NCBI RefSeq assembly: GCF_009834535.1
Contig: NC_045697.1
Coordinates: 36,210,001-36,274,000, forward strand
Direction of reading: 5' to 3'
DNA length: 64,000 bases
DNA from: Camelus ferus
Taxonomy: Eukaryota
Every line of letters begins with the position of its first letter. Position 1 is the stretch's first letter. Of the stretch, positions 53,518 through 64,000 are shown piece after piece. The translations under genes and the position numbers were made by a program. The notes beneath the pieces were generated by a model. It was given only the letters and a program-made list of their open reading frames with translations. It had not been told where the DNA came from and searched no databases.

Positions 53518-54414
53518 CTGAAACAGAAGCGGGGAATAGGATATATGTCAATCTTGCACTGAGACGTAATTTATGCACTACATCAGCCCAGAGAGATAAG
53601 CTTGCAAACAAGTCTATAATGTTGGCTGCTTTTTATTTGTTTGTTTCTTGTCCTGGAGAGAATGCTGTAGAAATTTTGGCATGAGAGTTGTTATTTTGAA
53701 AGATCCAGTTCATAAAACAAATGGTCATACTGCATATCCTTTTCTGTTATCTTACATATTGCTTAAAGAAAGAAGAGCCCCTGCATTTTAAGAATGAAAG
53801 TGTAAGCACTTCAGACACTAGAAATTTTAAATAAAAATAATATATTTGTAAAGGAATATGATTAAAAATAATACACGCCAGCATCTATATATACAAATGA
53901 ATGCTGACACTCTTTCAGAGGAGTTATCTTGGATTTTTCAGCATGTTTTTCTAGTAACTTTAAGCTGACAAATATTAGTCAGAATAGATTTTTTTTATAG
54001 CAATGAAAAGTCATTTTCTGCTAAATCTGGTAACTAGAGTAAGTAATCAAACTGGGTAATGTCACTTAGGGTTCAAGATATCTTTGGGTAAATCTGAGGG
54101 TAATTCACCTTACAACTTAAAAAAAAATTGCTTTTAGACATTCCACCAATTTCTTGAGTAACATTTAGCAGAGAATTTAAAAATTCCTCTCATGTGATAA
54201 TAGTACTGAATTACTAAGTTAGCTGCATAACTTCCAAGGTACTATGTGCATTTCTGGTATAAATTCTGAGGTTTTTGGTGAATAGATATATCCTCTGTTT
54301 AAATAGTGTGATTCAATTTCACCTATAATATAAAATAACCCTGTAAAATAAACTTGACTATTCATATTTATATTAAAATCAGGGGCCAAGTAATCACAAC
54401 TTGCAACTTTCACA

Positions 54415-54760
54415 TTAGTCATTCAGAAGTGTTCAGTTGAACATCCACCATGCTCCAGGTGCTACTCTGGGTTTGGGGAAAACAGCAGTGAACAGAGCAA
54501 ACACCCTGCTCTCATACAGCTTATATCCTACTTAGGGGAAAATGGACAATTAAAACGTTAAGGAAGTAAAATATTAACAGTATATTAACAGTATATTAAA
54601 TGATGGTAAGAGCTATGGAGAAAAATAAAGCAGGAAAGGAAGATGGGATTTTAGGGTGTCTACATGTTTATGCAGGTAAATATGCACTAATTTAAAGAAA
54701 AAGCCATGTTAAGAAGGGAGTGTTGGAATAAAGAAAGAAATATAGAAACCTCTCTCTCTG
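54415..54760 (-). mobile_element. L2 fragment
   Basis: atgctccaggtgctactctggg...cagcagtgaacag...ccctgctctcatacagcttatatcct...gagctatggagaaaaataaagcagg. Confidence 0.7.
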
Positions 54761-55694
54761 AATGAAGTGGACAGGCAGGCAGCTGAATGTGATTCTGCAG
54801 TGGGATGACTACCCCAAATGAGCCTTTCTAGTCATTTCCACACCTGGAAAAATCTGGACATACCATCTCAAGGTTAAGGTTCACAATTATATTATTTGGT
54901 ACACGAGAAACAGCTGTTACCATTTATTTCCACTAAAATCTTGGATGCTCACAATGTACCAAACAAAAATAAAATGGTAAGTCTTTGGAATGGATAAAGT
55001 ACAAATGAAAAGGAACAGAAAGGAGATTTTACTGTTACATGGTGACAAGACATGATTTACCAAGTATAAACGTACCCACTTCTAAAAGGAAATGGCTGGG
55101 AGGTTTGAAGACATCCTAGGACTGTCCTATAGCCTCAGGAATCTCTTAAGAGAAACTTCCAAGTGTTTATTCTTTGCTTTACAAGCTGCCTGCCAAAAAG
55201 CAATGTAAAAGAGAGGAGCTGTGTGGTTTGCATGTTTAAAGAGGGGCCATGGGGGGCTGTAGCTTTCGTTTTCCATTTTTTCCCCCATCAGCGACTTCTT
55301 GGATGACATTAAGCAGATTCCGTCATTGTTTTATATCCCATTTCTAAAAAGCAGGTGTATACATCAAGAATCTGTCCTATAGGAGCCCTCTGATTCCCCA
55401 GAGCAAAAAGTTTTTTTAAAGATAGTTATAAAAAGTAGCAAAGGGCAGGGTAATCATCATAATCATTTGCAAAGATTCACTCACTAACATCTGGCCATCA
55501 GAGCATCAATTTCAAGTTATTGATCTAAGATATGTCACTGGAGAGCAAAATCCCTCTGTAGCTGACTTCTGTTGGCTAGGTCATACTCTTGCATACCAGT
55601 TCCTGAAATTACATTTTAACCTGCTTAATGCATCCCAAGAAGTTAATAACTGAATTGAATACAAAGCCAAGAATACTGATCAGTCTTAAAGAGG

Positions 55695-55870
55695 CATGAG
55701 ATATGGAGAAATAGAGATTCCTTTGAATAGCCAGATTCCAATCCTGACTATTCCACTAACTAGTTTCTTTAACCTCTTTGGATCTCAGCAAACTTCTTAG
55801 AATGTCTTCATCTCTAAAATGACATGATCTGACTAGAGAATGACTGAGTTCTTAAGTCATAATTCTGCTA
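55695..55870 (+). mobile_element. MIR SINE (MIR3/MIRc-like)
   Basis: gattccaatcctgactattccactaactag...cttcatctctaaaatgac. Confidence 0.55.
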
Positions 55871-55929
55871 AGATCTCCACTTTCACTTCCTTCTCCCTTC
55901 TTTCCTCTGCCCTTTAAAAAATATTACCA

Positions 55930-57160
55930 TTGGTGGTAGAAGGTAGTGAATCATATTCTTACTGTTGGCTAAACAGCAAAATATAAATACTCAAAAAAAA
56001 AAAAAGCTTTACTATAGAAACAAATGTAGATGCAGAAATATTGTAGATACACATGCAACAGGGGCTGATATATGTTCATGTATTTCCTCTGTCCACTGAG
56101 AGGTTCTAGGAGTAGTGATACCCCAGTAGCAATGAGCACACTCAGTGGTCACATCTTAGTTTCCGGTATCATTCTCCAATAATAGAAACCAGAGATCCTT
56201 GGAGAGATGGTCAATTCCAGGGATAGGGCAGGGAAAATACATGAGGAATCTGGAATATCCTGTAGTGCCAGAAAGTAAGGAAGTCCTTTTAAAAAATAAA
56301 CAAACAAATGGGGGTGTGTCAAAAGGACACAAGAGACAACTAGAAGACCTTCCAGTGGCCAAAGCTGGGACAATCTGAGCAAAAGAATAATTAAAGTAGT
56401 AATGGATTACAACTCAAAGTATAAAATAAATATGCATCATTCCATACTGATATGAGTAAGTGACTGCATTAATAAAGTCTCCTTAACAGAAGAATTCCTA
56501 ATAACTTATGTAGATACCTTCCCTCCAGGAGGCAGAACTTAACTGCCTCATCTCTTAAGTGTGGGGCTGCACATAGTGACTTGCTTCTAAAAAGCTGTGT
56601 ATGGAAAGGGGAGGGAGGAATAACTTTACTTTAGTCAGAAGATCAAGGTTTCCATCACCAGTGACAAGCCATATTGATATCATGGGCCCCTAAGATGATG
56701 TGATGAGAATTGCTCCTCCTTTTGTGGTATTTTTCTCCCAAACCCATAACCCCAAAACAAAAACATCAGATAAACCCCAACTGAGGGATGGTCTACAGAA
56801 TGCCTGATCAGCACTCCCTTAAAACTGTCAAGGTCATGAAAAATAAGGAGAGAATGAAAAACTATCACACACCAGATGAGACTAAGGAAACATAATGACC
56901 AAATGTAATGTGATGTCCTGGATGGGATCCTGGAACAGACAAAGGATGTTAGAGAAAAACTAGTGAAATCAGACTAAAGTCTACATTTATAATTAATAGT
57001 AATATACCAATGTCAGTTTCTTAGTTTTGACAAAATGTTTGAGGATACACCAGAGAGTATGATTTTAACAATAAGGTGAGGGTTTAAAGAAATTCTGTAT
57101 ATTATCTTGGCAATTTTTCTATAAATCTAAAATTATTCTAAAATGAAACATTTATTGCAA
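55930..57160 (+). mobile_element. L1MC/MD-type 3' UTR fragment
   Basis: aaaactgtcaaggtcatgaaaaataagg...aaatgtaatgtgatgtcctggatgggatcctggaacag...caatttttctataaatctaaaattattctaaaatgaaac. Confidence 0.8.
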
Positions 57161-57599
57161 AGGGAAGAAGAAGAGGGGGAGGAAGAGGAGGAGGGAAGAC
57201 AGTAAGAGACAAAGCCAGGTACATTTTGATCTCCTTTCTGTGAGACAAAATTCCAAGAAAAATGATTTCAGCTCAGTATGAGGAAGAACTCCTACAACTA
57301 GAGCCAAGGTAAGAGACTGACTCAGGAAGAAAGGAATTTCCCGTCAAAGCAAAGGGAGGCAAGGTGATCTGGCAAGGACGAAGCAGAGGGAATCCCACAC
57401 CACCTTGGCTCAGAAGGTGAACTAGACCTTCCTAGTGCCGTCCATAAAAGCACGGCTCCAGACTAAGTACATACAAATTTTCTGATCTTCTCTGCTCTTA
57501 ATGAAACCTTAACAAGAAGGAAGGAAAACATCAGCGATTCCCTAACACTGAAATCTTCTTAAAGGTAAAAGAAAAAAATCTGAGCAGGATGAATACTGA

Positions 57600-58030
57600 G
57601 GAGATGGGAGTAATATTATATGCCTGGGTTTGAATTCTGGCTGTACCGCTTACGAGCTGTGTGACCTTGGGTAAGTTATGTAACTTCTGAAAGTCTCAGT
57701 TTTCTCATCTATAAAATGGAAATACCACAAATGCCTCCCAAGCCACAGGCATTTTCATAATATTGGGATATTTGCTTAAACTACTTTGTGGTTTAAAATA
57801 GAGCAACCCCCACAATGGGATAGTCTTTGTAAGACTCTAATATAAGGGGAGGCCCTCTTTTCTGAGGGCTAATTTTGGGGAAAGCTTTTTCTCTTAATTC
57901 TGAGGATAGACAGTAATAGCTTTTGCTTCATAAAGTTATTCTAAAGATTTAATAATAGAAGTAAATCACACAGCACAGTGCCAGGCACACAGCCCCTGAT
58001 CACTATTAACTGTCAGTACTAGTACTACTA
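57600..58030 (+). mobile_element. MIR SINE split by an approximately 185-nt insert
   Basis: cctgggtttgaattctggctgtaccgcttacgagctgtgtgaccttgggtaagtt...tctcagttttctcatctataaaatgg, resuming ~57910 as cttcataaagttatt...gcacagtgccaggcaca. Confidence 0.75.
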
Positions 58031-58944
58031 TTGCCTCCTACCCCACGGACTCCTTACCCAGAAGAAGTGATTGAAATGCTTGGTATGGGAATGAAATCCC
58101 TTCTAGGAATAAGAAGTTAATAGTCTCAGAGGAGGGAGGAGCAGCCTCCAAATACTGAATGTGAAACCACATCTTGGAACTTAACTGCGAAGTTAGTCAA
58201 AGGTTAGAGGCAATATAAACATTATTAAATACTGCCATTAAAAAAAGCACACACAGAGTAAACCACAACCAACGGGGGAAAAAAATGGCTTCTTTATAAA
58301 GTACCAGCGATTAAATTTCTCATTCATTTTGATACAAACAGGCCTACTAGTAGGAAGGGGAAGACTGGAGCTGTGTCTGGAAAGACAAAACCTTTTTTTA
58401 AAAATTCTGCAGACTGGAGCTTCTGTTATTTTTGAATGAGTCTCCAGTCACTCCATACAAAAGGCCCTCTGTAAAATGCATGTTGTCTTTTGAAAAGCCA
58501 ACTTTGGGGCTGAATTAAAACACTTCTGCAAAGTTAGTCAGTCTCCACGCTGGCTACCTCTGCAGGCATGAGGTGCAAACAGGCCATACGCCGGGTGGCT
58601 GCAGAGAGCAGCTGCTCTCCAGGGTGCAGAGCCTGCGGACACTCAGGGAAACTAAGTCACTCTAAGGTGCTGCAGGAGAACCCATCTCTGCAATTCCTCC
58701 AAGCTTCTGCTCAGGCAGGTGCAAGGGATGCTGCCAGTGGGCGACCTGGGGGAGTGCCTAAGGTCCTTCTGTCTCCAATTTCACTTGTATTAATGGCCTT
58801 TGCCATTCTTGCATTAATACTTGCCACAAGGCTTTAAATTCCCATAATTAAAGTCACTCTGCTTCTTTGGGGAATGGGCTATTCTTTATATGCTCCAGGC
58901 AAAGTGCAAAAATGTGAGTTGGTGGGTATAAGGATAATTATTTG

Positions 58945-59200
58945 CTGCAGTCATGCATTCAACAGCAAATATTTACTGTGTACATACCATGTGCCAGGCA
59001 CTGTGCTATATTCTGGTCATACAAAGAACAAAGCAACACACAAGATTCAAAGAGTTTACAGGAGACTGGGGATAATTGTAAACAGCCAGGATGATGCAGT
59101 GAATAAGTGCTTTAGTAGAGGTATTCATTCACTTTGAAAACACAGCAGAGGAACACCTAAATTCTGGAAGAGCTGGTACCTCAACTGAGTCTTTAACAAT
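58945..59200 (-). mobile_element. L2 fragment
   Basis: cattcaacagcaaatatttactgtgtacataccatgtgccaggcactgtgcta. Confidence 0.7.
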
Positions 59201-59303
59201 CAACATCTAATATCAGGGAAGAGCAAAACTCTGAGAAATGAGCGATGGGATAGGATCCTTCGTTCATTCCTTCAGCAAATATTTAATGCACACTGACTAA
59301 GTG

Positions 59304-59807
59304 TGTGGTAGGCAGAATAATGTTCCCTCCCCCAAAGAGGCCCATGCTCTTGTCCCCAGAACCATAAATGTGTTACATTATATGACCAAAGGGACTTTGC
59401 AGGTGTGATTAAGGTTACAGAACTCGAAATGGGGAGATTATCCTGCACTATCTGGGTGGGCCCAATCTCATCATGTGAGTCCTTAAAGCAGAGGACTTTT
59501 CCTGGCTGTGATCAGAGAGAGGTGCAATGATGAAGGGTCAGAGAGAAGCTAAGTTGCTGGCTTTGAAGATGGAGGAAGGGGCCACAAGCCAAGGATTAAA
59601 GCAGCCTCTAGAAGCTGGAAAAGGCAAGGAAGCAGATACTCCCTTAGAGCCTCCAGGAAGGAATGCAGTGCTGCCATCGCCCTGATTTTAGCCCAGTGAG
59701 GCCAGTGATGGGCTTCTGACCTGACAATGATAACTCAGTAAATTTCTGTTGTTTTAAACCATTAAGTTTGTAGTGATTTACTACAGCAGCAATAGGAAAT
59801 TAATACA
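59304..59807 (+). mobile_element. MaLR solo LTR (MLT1D-like), essentially full length
   Basis: TGTGGTAGGCAGAATAATG...gggactttgcaggtgtgattaagg...gctggctttgaagatggaggaaggggccacaagccaagg...cagcagcaataggaaattaataCA. TG...CA ends, agtg on both flanks. Confidence 0.9.
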
Positions 59808-60129
59808 AGTGGTTTATGTGAGATGGGGCGAGAGAAACTCTGCATCAGGCCCAGAGTCCGGTCAGAGAACCTTGTAAAAAAGTAGGGCTCCATAAATCCT
59901 TGCCCAATGACTAAACAAATGAGCATGAATAGGTTCCTAGGGTACCTGTTCCATCTGCGTCACTAGGGATCCAGTGAGTACCTTCGGGGATGTCAGAGAA
60001 AGGGAAGGCAGAGAGACACACCAAATTTAAAATTTGCTCCCTAATCTGCTACTTAAATTTGCCTAGAATTAGTCAAAAGCATGCAAATGCAAAAGCCAAT
60101 ATTTATCAGGCCAAGATAATCATATAGGA

Positions 60130-62510
60130 CAGTGGTTTTCAAAGTGTGATCCATAGACCTGAGATCCCAGAGACCCTTTCAAGAAGGCTACAAGGTTAAA
60201 AGTATTTTTATAAAAATACTAAGGCATTCTTTGCCTTGTTGACATTTGCACTAATCATGCAAAAAGGATGGTGGGTAAAATTGCTGGTACCTGAACACAG
60301 ATCAAGGAAAGAGGCCCCAACCTCTGCTAACAGTCACAGCAATCTTGAGGGCTATGCTTTGTACTCACAGCTGGAATTTTTAAAAAAGGCAGTTTCAGTT
60401 AAGCAGGCTCTTAATGAAGCAGTAAAAATTACTAATCTTACAAAATCTCAGCCCTTAAATAATGTCTCTTCAATACTCTGTATAACAAAACAGGAACTAT
60501 GAATAAAACACTTCCGCTATATACTAGAGGACAATGGTTGCCTTGAGGAAAAGCACTTGGGAAAGAATTTGAGTCATAAACTGAATGAATTGTTTCTCTC
60601 ATGCAATACCATTGTTACTTGAAAAAATTTCAGATAGAGAAATTATAAATAAGACTTGGGTATTTGGTATTTGCAAATGATGCAACTGACAAAGGCTTTA
60701 TTTCCAGAATATATAAATAGCTCATACAGCTTAATAACGAAAAAACCAAACCACTCAATCCAAAAATGGGCAGACCTAAACAAGCAATTCTCCAAAGAAG
60801 AAATACAAATGGCCAACAGGTTCATGAAAAAATGCTCAATATCGCTAATTATCAGAGAAATGCAAATCAAAACTACAATGAGGTATCACCTCACATCAGT
60901 CAGAATAGCCATCATTCAAAAGTCCACAAATGTTAAATGTTGGAGAGGGTGAGGAATGTAGTTTGATGCAGCCATTATGGAAAACAGTATGCAGATTCCT
61001 CAAAAAACTAAAAATAGACTTACCATATGACCCAGCAACCCCACTCCTGGGCATATATCCCAAGGGAACTCTAATTCAAAAAGATTCATGCACTCCAATG
61101 TTCATAGAAGCACTATATACAATAGCCAAGACATGGAAGTAACCTAAATGTTCACTGACAGATGACTGGGAAAAGAAGCTGTGGTATATTTATATAATAG
61201 AATACTACTCAGCAATTAAAAAGAATAAAATAAAGCCATTTGCAGCAACATGTATCATCATCATTCTAAGTGAAGTAAGCCAGAAAGAGAAAGAAAAATA
61301 CCATATGATATCACTCATGTGTGGTGGAATCTAAAAAAAAAGAAGAAGAAGAAGAGGACATTAATGAAGTCGTCTACAAAACAGAAACAGATTTGCAGAC
61401 ATAGTAAACAATTTTATGGTTACTGGGGAAAGGGGGTGGGAAGAGATAAATTTGCGAGTTTAGGATTTGCAAACGTTAACTACTATACATAAAAATAGAT
61501 AAAAAACAAATTTCTTCTGTATGGCACAGGGAACTATATTTAATATACTGCAATAACCTTTAGCAAAAAATATGAAAATGAATATATGTATATGTATGCA
61601 TGACTGAGACATGCTGTACACCAGAAACTGACACAGTGTAACTGACTATACTGCGATTAAAAGTATATATATATATTAAAGACATGGATATTTGGCAAAT
61701 ATTTTCTCAAAAATAAGAAACAAAAAAGTCAGCCTGTTCCTTCAGGGAAAACAACTGACATATTTATTGCTAATGATAAAATTCGGGCTTTGAAGTAAAA
61801 ATTCATTTTGGAATACTTGTTTGTATCTGCCACGGCCAGATTCTCTATATTTAAAGACGTTTCTGATGAGATCTATGGTGACATGAAAAATGGGATTTTT
61901 TTTTGGAATTGCACAATGAAATGTGTCAACATTTGGAAGATCTGCATAACTCAATAAGCCAGTATTTTCCAAATGACCAACATATGATGTAAGAAAATCA
62001 GGCATAGGCAAACGATCCACCCGAAATACAGGAAAAAGAGTGGATTTTAAAGGAAAAGAATATAGAGAGCTCAATGACATGGTTTCTGATTCCACATTAC
62101 AAATTACTTCTAAGAAATTACTACTTGCAGAGTGAAGATATGGTATCAAAAAAATACTATCTGCAAACATCTAAAAAGGCTATCAAATATTCCTTCCTTT
62201 TCCAACTATGTATCTGCATGAGGCTGGATTTTCTTCAAATACTTCAACCAAAACAACACATGGCAACATACTGAATGAGGAGGCAAATACAAGAATCCAG
62301 CTGTTTTCTTTTCAGTAAGACATTAGAGATTTGCAAAAAATATCAACCAATGCCATTCTCACTTACTTTTTTGCTTTGGAAACATAATTATTTTTCATAA
62401 AATACATAATTTATGTTATCTTGTAATGGGTTTGTTGTTATTTTTAAAGGAATTGGTAAATACATACTTTAAGCTTTTCTCAGCTCTAACTTCTACTATA
62501 GTAAATACTA
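60130..62510 (+). mobile_element. hAT-Charlie DNA transposon fossil (Charlie1a-like), interrupted by the L1 at 60668-61678
   Basis: Starts CAGTGGTTTTCAAAGTGTG. Internal Charlie1-like text such as gcctgttccttcagggaaaacaactgaca...gataaaattcgggctttgaagtaaaaattcattttgg and ccttccttttccaactatgtatctgcatgaggctggattttcttc. Confidence 0.8.
60668..61678 (+). mobile_element. 5'-truncated lineage-specific LINE-1 (ORF2 C-terminus remnant plus 3' UTR)
   Basis: ORF-track peptides [45 protein letters not shown] and [32 protein letters not shown] are typical L1 ORF2 C-terminus, here frameshifted. 17-nt TSD aagacttgggtatttgg / aagacatggatatttgg. Confidence 0.92.
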
Positions 62511-62662
62511 ACATTTACCAGTTTAAGGATGTCACATCCTAAAGAGAAAGCTCATTATTTTCTACTTTCTCTTCCCCTTAGCATGGTTAAAATAAAGTGC
62601 TGGTAAGATAACTTCCACTACATTCCTTGAGAGGAAGGCAAAGCAGCATGGGCTCCTTAAAT

Positions 62663-62828
62663 CAGAGTTTCTCAAAATTTAATGTGCATGTGGATTACCT
62701 GGGGCTCTTGTTAAGTGCAGATGCTAATTCACCAGGTTTGGAATAGGGCGTGAAGATTCTGCATTTCTAATAAGTTGTCATGTGATACCGGTGCTGCTGG
62801 CCAGTGGCCCACGTTTTGAGTGGCATCT
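62663..62828. mobile_element. hAT-Charlie MITE (MER5A1-like)
   Basis: cagagtttctcaaaatttaatgtgcatgtggattacctggggctcttgttaag...gattctgcatttctaataag...tgctgctggccagtggcccacgttttgagtgg. Confidence 0.8.
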
Positions 62829-62929
62829 GGACTGGATCACTCAACAATTTCTAGACTGCTGTGTGTATGGGAAATAAACTATCCAGTATGAATCACTGTA
62901 TTGTGGATTGGTATCTCATCTTAATGTAA

Positions 62930-63690
62930 ATACTAACATAACTCACAAATCTATATCTCCAGCCAAGTTTCTCTCCTTTGCTCCCTACCCATACAGTCAA
63001 TTGCCTGTCGGACTCCTCCACTTGTACATCTCATCTGCAAATTTAATTCAACTTATCTAAACTTCCAGCTGAACAAGACAGATAACTTGGACTCTGCTGC
63101 AGCTTATCCCTGTCCCTGTCGCATTAGATCAGCCACCAAGTCCTGTTATATATCCATCTCCTCTTCTCTTTTCCTTCCTCTACTGCCTAAGTTGCAATTA
63201 CTATTATCTCTAGTCACAATTTATCTCATTCTAAACCAAAAATCTGATGTCCTTAAAGTTATTTCATGGTTTCCACTGTCTTCAAGATAAAGCTTTTACA
63301 TGACACATGCCTATCTTTTACCTTCATGGTCTTAATTATCCATTTATCCTCATCCACCACAAGCCCTTTTCTTACCGGCTACATTTCAGCTTTGCTGAAC
63401 TATTTGCGTTTGCCTCTGTGCTTTTGCACGCTTACACCCCTGTCTAGAATGGATTTTCCCTCTTTTCCACCTGGTTTCATGAGTCAGCTAAAGCATTATC
63501 TCCCTCGATTTTCCCTGTGTGTTAAGCGTGCCTACTTTGTGACACCTGAGAAGCCTCTATTTCCTTATAACCCTGAATTTAAGTGTTTACTCATGTGGAG
63601 CTCCCTTCTAAGACAGAAACATCCATGATGGTGAGAACTACATCTGTGTCTGTGGAGCAAACGATTCCCTGGCACTGGGAAATGGTAAGT
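62930..63690 (+). mobile_element. Decayed L2 3' region
   Basis: actcacaaatctatatctccagcc...aattgcctgtcggactcctccacttg...cagccaccaagtcctgt...gcctctgtgcttttgcac. Confidence 0.65.
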
Positions 63691-63744
63691 CCTCAGTGGA
63701 AGTGAAAACAAACTTTCTCTCCCACTGAAAATGCCCATTAGAGA

Positions 63745-64000
63745 AAAACTATGGTAGAATCACACGATGGAATAGTACACAGCAATGAGAATGACCTATA
63801 ATTTCATACAACAACATTACAGATGAATCTCACAAATACAATGTTGAATGAAAGAATCCATATAAAAGAATGTATTTTACAATTCCATTTATGTAAAATA
63901 CAAAACCCAGGGAAAACTATCTTTATTTTTCAAGTTCCTACCCCTTGAAAGGAGGGAGTGACAGGGAGGCAGAAAAAGCAGGGCTTTCAGGGTTGCTGGT
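63745..64000 (+). mobile_element. L1ME-type 3' fragment
   Basis: cacgatggaatagtacacagcaatgagaatga...gatgaatctcacaaatacaatgttgaatgaaagaa...attccatttatgtaaaatacaaaa. Confidence 0.7.

Larger units (their letters stand above)
53518..64000 (-). other. SCFD2: Part of the SCFD2 intron upstream of the exon (at least 10 kb)
   Basis: AG acceptor at 53519-53518 (minus) with a pyrimidine tract. No upstream coding exon or CpG island in the window. Confidence 0.8.

Noticed and set aside
54571..54599. 11-nt tandem repeat atattaacagt (about 2.6 copies)
   Set aside because: Ordinary micro-duplication inside an L2 fossil.
58343..58450. 12-bp palindrome cctactagtagg plus short direct/inverted gactggag repeats
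   Set aside because: Lengths are within chance expectation and there is no extended stem.
60643..61142. ORFs with real protein similarity
   Set aside because: Frameshifted L1 ORF2 remnants, not a host gene.

Overview
This is AT-rich mammalian (eutherian) genomic DNA, not a prokaryotic accessory region. I can support only one coding sequence: a 250-nt internal exon on the minus strand (53268-53517, canonical AG/GT ends) that I recognise as SCFD2 (Sec1 family domain containing 2; probably exon 5 by human numbering). The rest is consistent with the two long flanking SCFD2 introns. These are filled with ancient interspersed repeats (MIR, L2, L1M, ERVL LTR16/LTR33-like and MaLR MLT1 solo LTRs, hAT-Charlie and Tc2 DNA-transposon fossils), younger lineage-specific L1 3' ends, and one tRNA-Ala(AGC)-derived SINE. 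That SINE, plus the absence of Alu, B1/B2, Bov-A/Bov-B, PRE-1 and Can-SINEs, points to a camelid genome. Nearly all other ORFs in the track are microsatellite, L1 or chance ORFs. I found no convincing new biological system. The most worthwhile leads are: a well-bounded antisense exon candidate (15758-16022); a candidate poison exon; a possible intronic-polyadenylation isoform; a 37-nt copy of local DNA at an L1 5' junction; a perfect 46-nt tandem duplication; several nested TE insertions with target-site duplications (TSDs); and a few motif-dense, repeat-free candidate enhancers. Repeat subfamily names and boundaries are by eye and approximate.
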